Assembly: GCA_000432595.1 (NCBI GenBank)
Contig: HF996867.1
Location: 1,551-65,550 of the forward strand
DNA from: Clostridium sp. CAG:710
GTDB taxonomy: Bacteria; Bacillota_I; Bacilli_A; RF39; UBA660
Direction: 5' to 3'
Length of the DNA: 64,000 bases
The notes under the pieces are model-generated. The model saw only the letters and a list, made by a program, of their open reading frames with translations, was not told the DNA's origin and did no database searches. The position numbers and the translations under genes were made by a program. Positions 48,253 to 58,896 of the stretch are shown here, one piece after another (the first letter of the stretch is position 1; every line of letters begins with the position of its first letter).

Positions 48253-48885
48253 ATGAATGCATTAAAGAAAAATATAAATATATTATTTAAAGGAATTTAC
48301 GCAGGAATGATGATTGGAATAGGTGGAACAGTTTATTTAAGCGTCTCCAATTCAATAATAGGCGCTATATTTTTCTCAGTAGGACTACTTACAATATGTA
48401 TATATAAAATGAACCTATATACAGGAATGATAGGCTATATTATAGAAAACAAATTAAATTATATTGTGACTTTACTTTTAACTTTAATTGGCAATTTTAT
48501 AGGTACAATGATTACATCTTTATTAGTACTTAATACAAGAATTGCAAATCTAAGTGTAAGAGCAAAAGAAATATCTTCAATTAAAATTAATGATAATTAT
48601 CTAAGCATTTTTATACTATCAATTTTTTGTGGAATGCTTATGTATATTGCAGTTAATACCTTTAAAAAAGGAAAAGATTCAATAGTAAGATATTTAGCAA
48701 TATTTATATGTGTAATTGTATTTATTTTATCAGGGTTTGAACACTGCATAGCTAATATGTATTACATATCATTAGCCAAGTTATGGTCCTTAAAAGCAGT
48801 TTTATCTATGTTAATTATGATACTTGGAAACAGTGTTGGTTCAATATTTATAGCAATTTTTAATAATAAAATAAAAGAAAATTGA
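48253..48885 (+). CDS. formate/nitrite transporter (FNT) family-like membrane protein, short form
   Basis: motif SGFEHCIANMYY resembling FNT GFEHSIANM signature; 6 predicted TM; 210 aa is shorter than canonical FocA. Confidence 0.5.
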   Translation: MNALKKNINILFKGIYAGMMIGIGGTVYLSVSNSIIGAIFFSVGLLTICIYKMNLYTGMIGYIIENKLNYIVTLLLTLIGNFIGTMITSLLVLNTRIANLSVRAKEISSIKINDNYLSIFILSIFCGMLMYIAVNTFKKGKDSIVRYLAIFICVIVFILSGFEHCIANMYYISLAKLWSLKAVLSMLIMILGNSVGSIFIAIFNNKIKEN

Positions 48886-48902
48886 AATGAAAGGAGAAAT
48901 AT

Positions 48903-49289
48903 ATGTTGAAGAAAAAAGAAGCAATTGCGGTATTAATAGGTATATTGTTCTTTGCAATGTTATCATACTTTACTTATAGTCAAATAACAAAGCAAAAAAA
49001 AGAAAAGGAGTTTATTCTTGACGCAACTATTGAAGAAATAATAGAAAAAGATGATAAATCCACACTTTTAATCAAAGGATTACCATCTAATAATAAAAGT
49101 AAACAAGGAGAATATGAGATAGAAATTACTGACAGTACTAACATAGTTTTAAATAATAATAAGGTAACAAGAAAAAAACTTAAAGAAGGACAAAAGATTA
49201 GGATAATAGCATCAGACATTGTTTTAATAAAAGAACCACCAATAATACCACAAATTACTAAAATAATAATAATGAACGAGTCATTATAA
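48903..49289 (+). CDS. membrane-anchored hypothetical protein
   Basis: N-terminal TM, 128 aa. Confidence 0.3.
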   Translation: MLKKKEAIAVLIGILFFAMLSYFTYSQITKQKKEKEFILDATIEEIIEKDDKSTLLIKGLPSNNKSKQGEYEIEITDSTNIVLNNNKVTRKKLKEGQKIRIIASDIVLIKEPPIIPQITKIIIMNESL

Positions 49290-49585
49290 CAACAAAATAA
49301 CAAACTAATAATCTTTTTAAGACTCTTTCTTACTTATAACTCTTTAAAAAGTAAAAATGTATTTGTAAGTATAAATATCACGTTTCGTGAATAAAACAAT
49401 AATAACACCAGAATTTAAGTCTATGAAAAACAAAAAGGTTTTTATCTAAAAAGAGAAGTGTTATAGATGGAAACAACTAACGCAAATTAAAATTAAAACT
49501 ATCTTATTTTTTATTCTTTTGTTCATATTTATAAAAATACTTGTTTTTTCTTTTGCTAATATAGTATACTTATAGTGGTGATAAT

Positions 49586-49897
49586 ATGAAGTATGAATAT
49601 TTAATAATAATTTTAATATTGGTTATAATCTTACTTGCAGTTTTAAAATCTGTAAAAAAAGATGCCCATTTAAATATGAATAAATTAGTTGATTATTTAG
49701 GTGGAAAAGATAATATAATAAAAACAGAAGTTAATTTATCAAGATTTAAAGCAACTCTTAAAGACGTAACACTTGTAAATAAAGAAGGAATACAAAAATT
49801 AGGAGCCAAAGGAATTGTTGAAATTGATAACCAAGTAAAAATAATACTAGGTCCAGAATCAAAACAATTAAAAAAATATATCGACGATTTAAAATAA
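49586..49897 (+). CDS. membrane-anchored PTS EIIB(Glc)-like domain protein lacking the phospho-Cys
   Basis: LVDYLGGKDNI...NLSRFKATLKD...GAKGIVEIDNQVKIILGP aligns to EIIB (LGGKENI..HCATRLRFTVKD..) with the catalytic Cys replaced by Asn. Confidence 0.45.
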   Translation: MKYEYLIIILILVIILLAVLKSVKKDAHLNMNKLVDYLGGKDNIIKTEVNLSRFKATLKDVTLVNKEGIQKLGAKGIVEIDNQVKIILGPESKQLKKYIDDLK

Positions 49898-49974
49898 AAT
49901 TTGATAAAAAGTAACATAATTCGACAAATATTGACAAAAAAAGTTCATATAATTAATTCGAAAGAGGCGATTAT

Positions 49975-51225
49975 ATGGATTTTTTTAATACAATTTTACT
50001 TAGTGTTATATGCATAATGTTTCCATTATTATTATATTTAATTTACTTAACATACCTAAACGCAAAAAATGAAAACTTAAAATATGAAGAAGTAGTATTT
50101 GAACTTGCCCTAATAACAGGATTATTTTTAACAATTGAGCTGACAAAAGGAGTACGCACGAACTATTCAATAGTACTTTTAAATATACCAATATTATTTT
50201 CATATTTAAGAGGTAAAAGAGGTATAGGTATAATTTTATCAATCATATTAGGAATCTATTATATAACATCTTTTAAATATAATGCCTATATGGTTATATT
50301 TGAATACTTAGTTTATTATATTTTCTTTTTAATTGAATCAAATAAAAACACAACAACACTTAGAAACATAAGCTGGTTTACTATAATAAAAACATTTTTC
50401 TTTTCCTTCTTTATTTATTATTTTAATCCTAATATAACATTTATGGATGCATTTAATAACATATTTGTAGCTATACTAGTATTTTATGTATGTTCAATTC
50501 TTTGTTATAAGCTTTTATCAAAAAGTGAAGATGTAATAAATTTAAATAACTCACTAAAAGAATTAGAAAAAGAAAAAACGCTTAGAAATTCATTATTTAA
50601 ACTTACACATGAAATTAAAAATCCAATTGCAGTATGCAAAGGATATTTAAATATGATAGATCTTAGTAATAGAAAGAATTCACAAAGATATATAGAAGTA
50701 ATTAAAGGCGAAGTAGAAAGAACATTAGTCATAATGGACGATTTTTTAGATTATACAAAAATTAAAGTTGATAAAAATATAATGGATATTAACTATCTTT
50801 TAGAAGATACACTAGTGTCAATGAGTTCATTATTTAATAGTAAAAATATATTAACTAAATTTAAAATAGGTGATGACGAGGTATTTATAAATGGAGATTA
50901 CAACAGATTAAAACAAGTTTTAGTAAACATAATAAAAAATTCAATTGAGTCCCAAAAAGAAGATGAAAAATTAAAACTTACTATAACCACTAACCAAGAA
51001 GGAAACAATTATAGAATAACTATAAAAGATAATGGTATAGGAATGGATAAAGAAGAACTAAATAATATTGGTAAAGCTTTTTATACAACTAAAGTAAAGG
51101 GTACTGGATTAGGAGTAATGTTATCTAAAGAAATAATAGAACTTCATGATGGAAATTTAATTTATTCTTCAAATAAAAATGAAGGTACATGTGTAGATAT
51201 TATTTTACCAACAATAGAAATATAG
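49975..51225 (+). CDS. sensor histidine kinase (orphan; polytopic N-terminal sensor domain)
   Basis: H-box LTHEIKNPIAV, N-box NIIKNSIES, G1 DNGIGM, G2 GTGLGVMLSKEI; ~7 N-terminal TM helices. Confidence 0.8.
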   Translation: MDFFNTILLSVICIMFPLLLYLIYLTYLNAKNENLKYEEVVFELALITGLFLTIELTKGVRTNYSIVLLNIPILFSYLRGKRGIGIILSIILGIYYITSFKYNAYMVIFEYLVYYIFFLIESNKNTTTLRNISWFTIIKTFFFSFFIYYFNPNITFMDAFNNIFVAILVFYVCSILCYKLLSKSEDVINLNNSLKELEKEKTLRNSLFKLTHEIKNPIAVCKGYLNMIDLSNRKNSQRYIEVIKGEVERTLVIMDDFLDYTKIKVDKNIMDINYLLEDTLVSMSSLFNSKNILTKFKIGDDEVFINGDYNRLKQVLVNIIKNSIESQKEDEKLKLTITTNQEGNNYRITIKDNGIGMDKEELNNIGKAFYTTKVKGTGLGVMLSKEIIELHDGNLIYSSNKNEGTCVDIILPTIEI

Positions 51226-51287
51226 GTTATTGTTAAAAATAAATATTAATGATATAATTACTATAAGATAAGGTTGGTGTGTAAAAA

Positions 51288-51794
51288 ATGGATTTAAAAA
51301 AGAAAAAGAAATTAATATTGATTTTACTTATATTCTGTTGTTGTTTTGTTGCAGTAGGTTACTTTGTATTAATAAGGTCTGTAGTTATAGAAGGAAAAGT
51401 AAGAGTAGAACCAGCTGTATGGGATGTTAGATTTGAAGATATTAAAACAATAAAAACAATAGGTAAGGCCGAAAACTACAAAGATCCAGAATTAGATAGT
51501 CAAATTATTAAATTCTATGCAGGTTTTAATGATGTAGGAGATTCAATTACATATAAAATAAAAATAGCTAATAGAGGCAATTTAAATGCACAACTTGCAA
51601 GTATTAACTTTATTTCTGACAATAAAAAATATATAGATTACAGTATTAAAGGAATAGAAGTAGGAACAAAACTAAAAAGTGGTAAAACAAAAACTATAGA
51701 AGTAAAATTAAAATATAATGGAAACATAGATGATAGTTTTAAAGAATATAGCGACATTAAATTAATACTTAATTGGAAACAAGATACAAAATAA
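51288..51794 (+). CDS. TasA/camelysin-like paralogue 3 (small, 168 aa)
   Basis: VAVGYFVLIRSVVIEGKVRVEPAVWDVRFEDIKTI and YKIKIANRGNLNAQLASI align with paralogues 1 and 2. Confidence 0.5.
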   Translation: MDLKKKKKLILILLIFCCCFVAVGYFVLIRSVVIEGKVRVEPAVWDVRFEDIKTIKTIGKAENYKDPELDSQIIKFYAGFNDVGDSITYKIKIANRGNLNAQLASINFISDNKKYIDYSIKGIEVGTKLKSGKTKTIEVKLKYNGNIDDSFKEYSDIKLILNWKQDTK

Positions 51795-51818
51795 AAGAAG
51801 GAATTTCCTTCTTTTTTA
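51795..51818. terminator. bidirectional rho-independent terminator
   Basis: hairpin aagaaggaatttccttctt + T-run between convergent genes. Confidence 0.6.
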
Positions 51819-53003
51819 ATTATCTGAATAATTATCAAAATATCCTTGTATAAACACAACTGGAGTTCCCTTATCTCCACTACCACTTGTAAGATCAGCT
51901 AAAGAACCAATTAAATCAGTAATTCTTCTAGGGGTAGTTCCCTGTGTTTCCATAGTACCTTTTAAATTTTTTGATTTGTTTTTAATTTCGTTTTTCATTG
52001 CATTATTAAGTTCTTCCCCATGTAAATTGGATAACTTATTATCAGATATATATTTAAGTTTAATCTCATTAGGAGTACCACGCAATCCATCTGTATAAGC
52101 AGGCGAGACAACCGGATCTGCAAGTTCCCAAATACCACCAACAGGGTCTTTAAAAGCACCATCACCATAAACCATAACTTCTATATTACATCCCGTTTTA
52201 TCTAACATCTCATTTTTAATTTTATTAACTAAAATTTCCCCAGTTCTGGGAAATAGTTTTAATCTCTCCTCAGTAGATTTGTTAGAACCAAGTAAGCCAT
52301 ATGCTTCATTATATCCGGAGCCATCAATAGAAGAGTTCATAATATCAGTAAGCATATAAATATTGTCACAACCAGCATCAACTATAGCTTTTTTGGTTTT
52401 TTCTCTTGTATGAATATCACACACCAAAACATCCTTATTATAAGAAAGTATCTCAGTAGGGTCATTTGAAAAAACAAATTTAACCGCACAATTCTCACTA
52501 GCAACTAAATCTCTATAAAATTCTACCATATTGATTCCAGTAAAAGGATGAATATAGCTACTAAAATGTTTACTATAATCAACTTCACTAATTACGCTTG
52601 AAATATTAAATTCCGACTTATTAAGTATTTCCTCATCAAGTATCCCATTACCAACTTCATCCTTGGGAAAACTAAGCAAAATAGTAATACTCTTCATTGC
52701 TCTAGCAATGGCTTTAAGTATCATAGAAAATCTATTTCTACTTAATATTGGAAATACTACGCCAACCTCTCCACTAGGAAATTTCATCTCTAGATCACGT
52801 ACAATTTGGTCTATAGTAGCATAATTTCCTTCACTAATACCAACTACGGCCTCGGTAATTGCGATAACATCCTTATCCCTAAATTTAAATCCTTCACTAA
52901 TAGATGCATTAATAACTGAATCAACTACGATTCTAGCTAAATCATCATTTTCCTTAATAATTGGAGTTCGTATACCACGAACCACTGTACCTACATTTCT
53001 CAT
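51816..53003 (-). CDS. F420-0:gamma-glutamyl ligase (CofE)-like fold family protein
   Basis: N-terminal VGTVVRGIRTPIIKENDDLARIV and C-terminal VMVYGDGAFKDPVGG patterns resembling PF01996 family; strong aggagg RBS. Confidence 0.4.
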   Translation of the reverse strand: MRNVGTVVRGIRTPIIKENDDLARIVVDSVINASISEGFKFRDKDVIAITEAVVGISEGNYATIDQIVRDLEMKFPSGEVGVVFPILSRNRFSMILKAIARAMKSITILLSFPKDEVGNGILDEEILNKSEFNISSVISEVDYSKHFSSYIHPFTGINMVEFYRDLVASENCAVKFVFSNDPTEILSYNKDVLVCDIHTREKTKKAIVDAGCDNIYMLTDIMNSSIDGSGYNEAYGLLGSNKSTEERLKLFPRTGEILVNKIKNEMLDKTGCNIEVMVYGDGAFKDPVGGIWELADPVVSPAYTDGLRGTPNEIKLKYISDNKLSNLHGEELNNAMKNEIKNKSKNLKGTMETQGTTPRRITDLIGSLADLTSGSGDKGTPVVFIQGYFDNYSDN

Positions 53004-53119
53004 ATATCCTCCTAAAATAATATTACAAATTATTTAAATCATTGTCAAATAAATAATATGCATAATCTTAATAAAGAAGTAAAATAAACATAAAATTAAG
53101 TAAGAGGTGATAAAATAAA

Positions 53120-53497
53120 GTGATAGAGCTAGAAAAATATATAGATTTAAGTATAGGAAAAATAAACACATCAAACTGTATAAAAACACTAAAAGATTTA
53201 GAAAGAAATAGAAGAGCTAATACGTTAATAATGATAAGAGAATACTTAGAAGATTATTGCATAAAAAAAGAAATAACTCCACTTGAATTTAATGTAGCAA
53301 TTAATAGTATTGTTCTGCATGAACTATGTATCACAAAAATAGTATCAGAAACAATAAAGCAAAGTAAGAAATATCAAAGGGAATTAAATAAAAGAATTAA
53401 TCAAAGTATAGATATTATTAATGAATTAAAAGATGGAACTATTATAATAGATGGTTTTGAAAATAAAAACATACAAGATTATATTAAGAAAAAATAA
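53120..53497 (+). CDS. hypothetical protein
   Basis: GTG-start ORF 125 aa. Confidence 0.3.
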   Translation: MIELEKYIDLSIGKINTSNCIKTLKDLERNRRANTLIMIREYLEDYCIKKEITPLEFNVAINSIVLHELCITKIVSETIKQSKKYQRELNKRINQSIDIINELKDGTIIIDGFENKNIQDYIKKK

Positions 53498-53548
53498 CTA
53501 TTGTATAGAAAGTAGATTTAATTTATAATTATTATAGTAGGTGATGAT

Positions 53549-53929
53549 ATGAAAAAGATAATTACGATTTGTTTAATAACAATTACATTTGTATTAACTG
53601 GATGTAGTAATAGAGAATATAATGTAACATGTACAAAAGACTTTACTACAAAAATTTCTAAAGAAGAAATTAAGTATAGCGCTAAAATAGAAATAAAAGA
53701 TACTAATGATAAAATAGAAAAATCACTGCTTACAATGAAATTTAATGAAGAAGATTATGCAGAAGAATTATGTGATATTTTAAAAAATGATTATAGTGGT
53801 AATGTATCATGTGAGAAAAAAGAAATAAAAGTAAACAACTATTATGAATTAAAAAGTATGAAAAATATGAATACATCAAAAAAAGAAGCAGTGAATGCAT
53901 TAAAAAAAGAAGGATTTAAGTGCAAATAA
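53549..53929 (+). CDS. lipoprotein
   Basis: signal peptide with lipobox LTGC. Confidence 0.5.
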   Translation: MKKIITICLITITFVLTGCSNREYNVTCTKDFTTKISKEEIKYSAKIEIKDTNDKIEKSLLTMKFNEEDYAEELCDILKNDYSGNVSCEKKEIKVNNYYELKSMKNMNTSKKEAVNALKKEGFKCK

Positions 53930-53946
53930 AAAGTACCAATAGGTAC

Positions 53947-54519
53947 TTATTTTTCTAGATAAATTGTATCTGGAAGAAGTTTATCCAAGTAATTCAAAAG
54001 TTCATCTTTAGTATATTTACTATTAGCAAGCCATCTCATACCAACATTAGATATAGCCCCTAAATAGAATGCAGTAACAATATCCATTGGAACTCTTTTA
54101 ATATCACCATCTTGTAATAGTCTATTTGATACTTCTTCATTTAAAGCATCATATACCATATCTACTATTATGCTGTTTTTATTATTGACCATGACAGATA
54201 TATATATCTGTTTTTTTTGTTCTATATGATTAAGCAATATTCTAATAAGTTCTAAATAATATTCTTTTGTTCCAGATATATTCGCATTTTTATTTAACTC
54301 CTCTTTTAAAGTAATTTTTAAATCTTGTATATAGCTAGATAAAAGTTCATACTTATCGGAAAAATGTGAATAAAAAGTTGATCTATTTATAAGAGCTTTA
54401 TCACATATATCAGATACCTTTATCTCTTCAAAAGAATTATCTTCTAAAAGTTCAAGCAAGGCATCATATAAAACCCTATATGTTTTGACTACTCTTAAAT
54501 CTTTTTTCTTTTCCTTCAT
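53947..54519 (-). CDS. TetR/AcrR family transcriptional regulator
   Basis: N-terminal TetR HTH FEEIKVSDICDKALINRSTFYSHF; divergent from MMPL transporter gene. Confidence 0.75.
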   Translation of the reverse strand: MKEKKKDLRVVKTYRVLYDALLELLEDNSFEEIKVSDICDKALINRSTFYSHFSDKYELLSSYIQDLKITLKEELNKNANISGTKEYYLELIRILLNHIEQKKQIYISVMVNNKNSIIVDMVYDALNEEVSNRLLQDGDIKRVPMDIVTAFYLGAISNVGMRWLANSKYTKDELLNYLDKLLPDTIYLEK

Positions 54520-54700
54520 AATAGAACCTCCTTACAACAATATTATATTACAAAAACTACATTTGTAAAGATAAACAACACAAGTTGTCAAATTAGCAAT
54601 ACAAAAATAAAAAAGTGTATGTTAACAAACAAAATTTAATATATGCGAGTGGTTTTAATACATTCATTGGAATATAATGCTAACTGATGGAGGGATTTTG

Positions 54701-56776
54701 ATGAAAAAGATTGGAAAATTTATAACAGAACATAGTTTGCTTATTGTAATAATCTCACTAGTCTTGTTAATACCAGCAATGATTGGATTTATTAGTACAA
54801 AGACAAATTATGACATTCTAGTTTATTTGCCAGAAGATATTGAAACAGTACAAGGACAAAATATCTTGACAGATGAATTTAATCTTGGCGCATTTTCATT
54901 TGTAATAACAGATGCAGATAGTTACAACATTTTACAAATGGAAGAAAATATTAAAAAGATTGATGGAGTAAATCAAGTAATTAGTATTGCTGATGTAACA
55001 GATACTACAATACCTATTAATATGCTTCCAGATGATGTAAAAGATAAACTATATAAAGATGATAGGACAGTAATAGTTGTAACATTTAAAACTTCAACCA
55101 GTGAAGAAACAACAATAAATGCGATAAGAGAACTAAGAAAAACAGTAGATAAATCTTCACATGTAAGTGGTATGACAGCAATGGTACTTGATACAATGGA
55201 TTTATCAAATAAAGAAGTAGTAGCCTATATCATAGTAGCAGTTGTACTTTGTTCTATAGTATTATTACTAGCAACAGATTCATATCTAGTTCCAGTATTA
55301 TTACTTGGAAACATAGGAGTAGCAATACTATATAATATGGGAACAAACATAATATTTGGAGAAATATCTTACATAACAAAAGCAATAAGTGCAGTATTAC
55401 AACTTGGTGTAACAACAGACTTCTCTATATTCTTATATCATAAATATGAACAAGCAAAAGAAGAAAATAGTGATAAGAAAAAAGCAATGCAAATTGCAAT
55501 ATCAGAAACATTTAAATCAGTAATAGGTAGTTCACTTACTACAATCGCTGGATTCCTTGCATTATGTTCAATGGATTTAACATTAGGAAAAGATATTGGT
55601 CTAGTAATGGCAAAAGGAGTATTCTTTGGATTAGTATGTGTACTAACATTATTCCCAGCACTTCTTCTTGCGTTAGACAAATATATTGAAAAAACAAAAC
55701 ATAAATTACTATTACCAAAATTTGATAAAATAAATAGTTTTTCAATAAAGCATTATAAAGTAATATTAATAGTTTTATTATTATTAATGTTCCCAGCATA
55801 CTATGGTAATCAAAATGTAAATGTTTATTATAAACTAGATAAATCATTACCAGCAACATTACCAAGTAGTATTGCAAATTCAGAATTAAAAGAAAAATTT
55901 AATATTGTTTCACCTGAAATAGTATTAATAGATAAAAATATTTCCGGAAATGAATTAAGTGAATTAACTAATAAGTTAAAAGAAGTTAAAGGAGTAGACT
56001 TAGTTCTAGCACCAAATAGTATTACAGAATTTGGTATACCTACTAGTATGTTACCAGATGATTTAGTAGAGATATTTGAAAATGATAAATATCAGTTAAT
56101 TATATTAAATTCAACTTATGAGGTAGCATCAGATGAATTATCAACCCAAATAGATGAAGTTAACAAAATAGTAAAATCATATGATAAGAAAGCAATAACC
56201 GCAGGTGAAGGTCCATTAACAAAAGACTTAACAACAATCGCAGATCACGATTTTAAAATGGTTAACTACACATCAATAATAATTATATTTGTAATAATGC
56301 TTATAGTACTAAAATCAGCTGGTTTACCAATAATTTTAGTAAGTGCAATTGAATTTGCAATATTTGTAAATATGTCTATAGCATATTATACAGGAGTAGA
56401 ATTACCATTCGTTGCTTCAATTGTTATTGGTACTATTCAATTAGGCGCAACAATAGACTATGCAATACTTATGTCAACTAAGTACCTAGAAGAACGTAAA
56501 AAGAAAAATAAATTTGATGCTATGAAAGAAACATTATCAAAAACCTCAACTTCAATAATAGTTTCAGCATTCTGTTTCTTTGCAGCTACATTTGGAGTAG
56601 CAATGTATTCTAAAATAGATATGATTGCTTCAATATGTAATTTATTAGCACGAGGTTCAATAATAAGCATGTTAGTTGTTATATTAATATTACCTTCATT
56701 ATTACTTTTCTTTGATAAGTTTATAATGAAAACTACTAAAAATATGAAAGAGGGAGTTTTAAATGAAAAAAATTAA
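54701..56776 (+). CDS. MMPL/RND-superfamily membrane transporter
   Basis: two 6-TM bundles each followed by extracytoplasmic domain; ~690 aa; ggaggg RBS. Confidence 0.7.
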   Translation: MKKIGKFITEHSLLIVIISLVLLIPAMIGFISTKTNYDILVYLPEDIETVQGQNILTDEFNLGAFSFVITDADSYNILQMEENIKKIDGVNQVISIADVTDTTIPINMLPDDVKDKLYKDDRTVIVVTFKTSTSEETTINAIRELRKTVDKSSHVSGMTAMVLDTMDLSNKEVVAYIIVAVVLCSIVLLLATDSYLVPVLLLGNIGVAILYNMGTNIIFGEISYITKAISAVLQLGVTTDFSIFLYHKYEQAKEENSDKKKAMQIAISETFKSVIGSSLTTIAGFLALCSMDLTLGKDIGLVMAKGVFFGLVCVLTLFPALLLALDKYIEKTKHKLLLPKFDKINSFSIKHYKVILIVLLLLMFPAYYGNQNVNVYYKLDKSLPATLPSSIANSELKEKFNIVSPEIVLIDKNISGNELSELTNKLKEVKGVDLVLAPNSITEFGIPTSMLPDDLVEIFENDKYQLIILNSTYEVASDELSTQIDEVNKIVKSYDKKAITAGEGPLTKDLTTIADHDFKMVNYTSIIIIFVIMLIVLKSAGLPIILVSAIEFAIFVNMSIAYYTGVELPFVASIVIGTIQLGATIDYAILMSTKYLEERKKKNKFDAMKETLSKTSTSIIVSAFCFFAATFGVAMYSKIDMIASICNLLARGSIISMLVVILILPSLLLFFDKFIMKTTKNMKEGVLNEKN

Positions 56777-58361
56777 TTATACGATAGGTGCAGTAGTGCT
56801 AGCGTTGGCCTTAGCACCATTATCCGTAAATGCAATGACAAAAAATGAAATAATTTATTCTAATATGAATTATAATGGTGAGTTTTATAAAACCATAGTA
56901 AATAATCATCTAACACTAGATGGTGAAAAAGAAGAATTAGAAGATGAAACAAAATTAAAAAATATATTAAATTTAAATGGTAAAGAAACATATAAATTAG
57001 ATGGTAGTAAAGTAACATGGCAAAATCTAAGTAAAGATATCTTCTATAGTGGAGAAATAGAAAAAGAACAACCTATTAAAACAGAAGTAAAATATTACTT
57101 AGATGGTGAAGAGACAAATCCAACTGATATAGCTGGTAAAAAAGGTAAAGTAAAAATAGAATTTAAATTTACAAATGATTTAAAAAATAAAGTAAAAGTA
57201 AACGGAAAATATGAAAATTTATATACACCATTTGTAGTAACTATGGGTACAGTAATTGATAATAAAGTAAATAGTAATATTACAGTTACTAATGGTAAAG
57301 CAGTAGATACAGGTTCTAGAAATATGGTAGTTGCACTAGCTTCCCCTGGATTATATGAAAGCTTAGGTATTAAAGAGTTAAAGGATATGGATAAAATAAC
57401 TCTTGAATATGAAACTACTAACTTTAGTTTAAGTAATGTATATATTGCTGCGACTCCAAAACTAATTGAAGAAGAAGACTTAAAAGTATTTGATGAAGTA
57501 GATTCTGTATACAACAATGTACAAAAACTACAATTAAATATGGACAAATTAACAGAAGGTACAAAATCATTAGATGAAGGTGCAGCTAAACTATCAAATG
57601 GTGCAGAAGCATTATCTAAAAATATCAAAATCGCATCAGAATCCATAAAAAAAATCCAAAACGGTTCAATTTCACTAAATAAAGGAATAGAAGATGCAAT
57701 TGAAAAAATATCTAAAGCAACTGCTTCATTAAATAGTGATGAAACACAAAAATCTATAGAAACATTAAAATATTTAAAATCACAAAATACTAATGCAATA
57801 AATACTATTGTAAAGAAATCAGGAGTAAGCTTCGAAATGCTTGAAGCTATCTACAAACAAAACAATTTAAAAGAATATACTGGAGATAATGAACAATTAA
57901 AGCAAGTAAAAGAAGCTTATGAATTAATAACATTATTGCAAGGAAATAATATGGCAATAGATCAAACAATTAAAACAAGTGAAGAAACACAAAAAACTCT
58001 AGCAAGCTTAGTACAACAATTAACTAGTGGATTAATTAAAGCTAGAGATGGTTCTAAAGAATTAAGCGATGGATTAACTAAATTAAATATTGGGGTTTCT
58101 AAAATATATGATGGTTCAGTTGAACTTAAAGAAGGAACCGAAAACTTAAAAGATGGAACAAACACTATAAAAGAAGGAACAGCTAAATTAAATAAAGAAG
58201 GTATAAACAAGTTAAGTGGCTATGCTAAAACAATAAAAGGTTATAGTGATAAAGCAGAAGCATTAGTTAACTTGAGTAAAGAATATAAAGGATATGCTTC
58301 AGATAATAGTGACTCAACTATGTTTATATACTTAATTAAATCTTTAAAAAGTAATAAATAA
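56763..58361 (+). CDS. secreted protein with heptad coiled-coil repeats (YhgE/Pip N-terminal-like), co-operonic with MMPL
   Basis: signal peptide ALALAPLSVNA; repeated LxEGxxKLxxG modules; start overlaps MMPL stop. Confidence 0.4.
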   Translation: MKKINYTIGAVVLALALAPLSVNAMTKNEIIYSNMNYNGEFYKTIVNNHLTLDGEKEELEDETKLKNILNLNGKETYKLDGSKVTWQNLSKDIFYSGEIEKEQPIKTEVKYYLDGEETNPTDIAGKKGKVKIEFKFTNDLKNKVKVNGKYENLYTPFVVTMGTVIDNKVNSNITVTNGKAVDTGSRNMVVALASPGLYESLGIKELKDMDKITLEYETTNFSLSNVYIAATPKLIEEEDLKVFDEVDSVYNNVQKLQLNMDKLTEGTKSLDEGAAKLSNGAEALSKNIKIASESIKKIQNGSISLNKGIEDAIEKISKATASLNSDETQKSIETLKYLKSQNTNAINTIVKKSGVSFEMLEAIYKQNNLKEYTGDNEQLKQVKEAYELITLLQGNNMAIDQTIKTSEETQKTLASLVQQLTSGLIKARDGSKELSDGLTKLNIGVSKIYDGSVELKEGTENLKDGTNTIKEGTAKLNKEGINKLSGYAKTIKGYSDKAEALVNLSKEYKGYASDNSDSTMFIYLIKSLKSNK

Positions 58362-58398
58362 TAAGATTTAATCCATAATAATTATAGGAGGAAAAAAT

Positions 58399-58806
58399 AT
58401 GGAAAAAAAAGGAATTAAAAAGATGGTAACAGTAGCAGCAGCAAGTGCTGCAGTAGGAGCAGGACTTGGAATTATGTTTGCTCCAAAAAAAGGTAGCGAT
58501 ACTAGAAAAGATATTATGAAAACACTTAATAAAGTCGCAGACAAAGTAAAAAACTTTAGTAAAGAAGACGTAAAAAAAGATTTTGAAAAAAAGATCAAAA
58601 GTATTGAAAAACGTCTTGAATCACTAAACAACGAAAAAGAAGTAAAAAAAGTTCATAAAAAAGCAAATGAACTAAAAGATAGTGTAGAAGATTTATGGAA
58701 TTCAGCTTATGAAAAAGGTGATGAAGTAATCCAAAAAGCAGTAGATGAATTAAAAACAAAAGTAAATAAAGCTATTTCATCAATAGAAAAACATTTAGAA
58801 GATTAA
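58399..58806 (+). CDS. YtxH-like (DUF948) stress protein
   Basis: N-terminal GAGLGIMFAPKKGSDTRKD motif followed by coiled coil. Confidence 0.5.
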   Translation: MEKKGIKKMVTVAAASAAVGAGLGIMFAPKKGSDTRKDIMKTLNKVADKVKNFSKEDVKKDFEKKIKSIEKRLESLNNEKEVKKVHKKANELKDSVEDLWNSAYEKGDEVIQKAVDELKTKVNKAISSIEKHLED

Positions 58807-58813
58807 TTTATTA

Positions 58814-58836
58814 AGACACCAAAAGGTGTCTTTTAT
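58814..58836 (+). terminator. rho-independent terminator
   Basis: hairpin agacaccaaaaggtgtct + T-run. Confidence 0.6.
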
Positions 58837-58896
58837 TGTGTATGTTTTGACAAATATATTAGTATTTGATATCCTAATTATAGGAGAATAAGGTAT

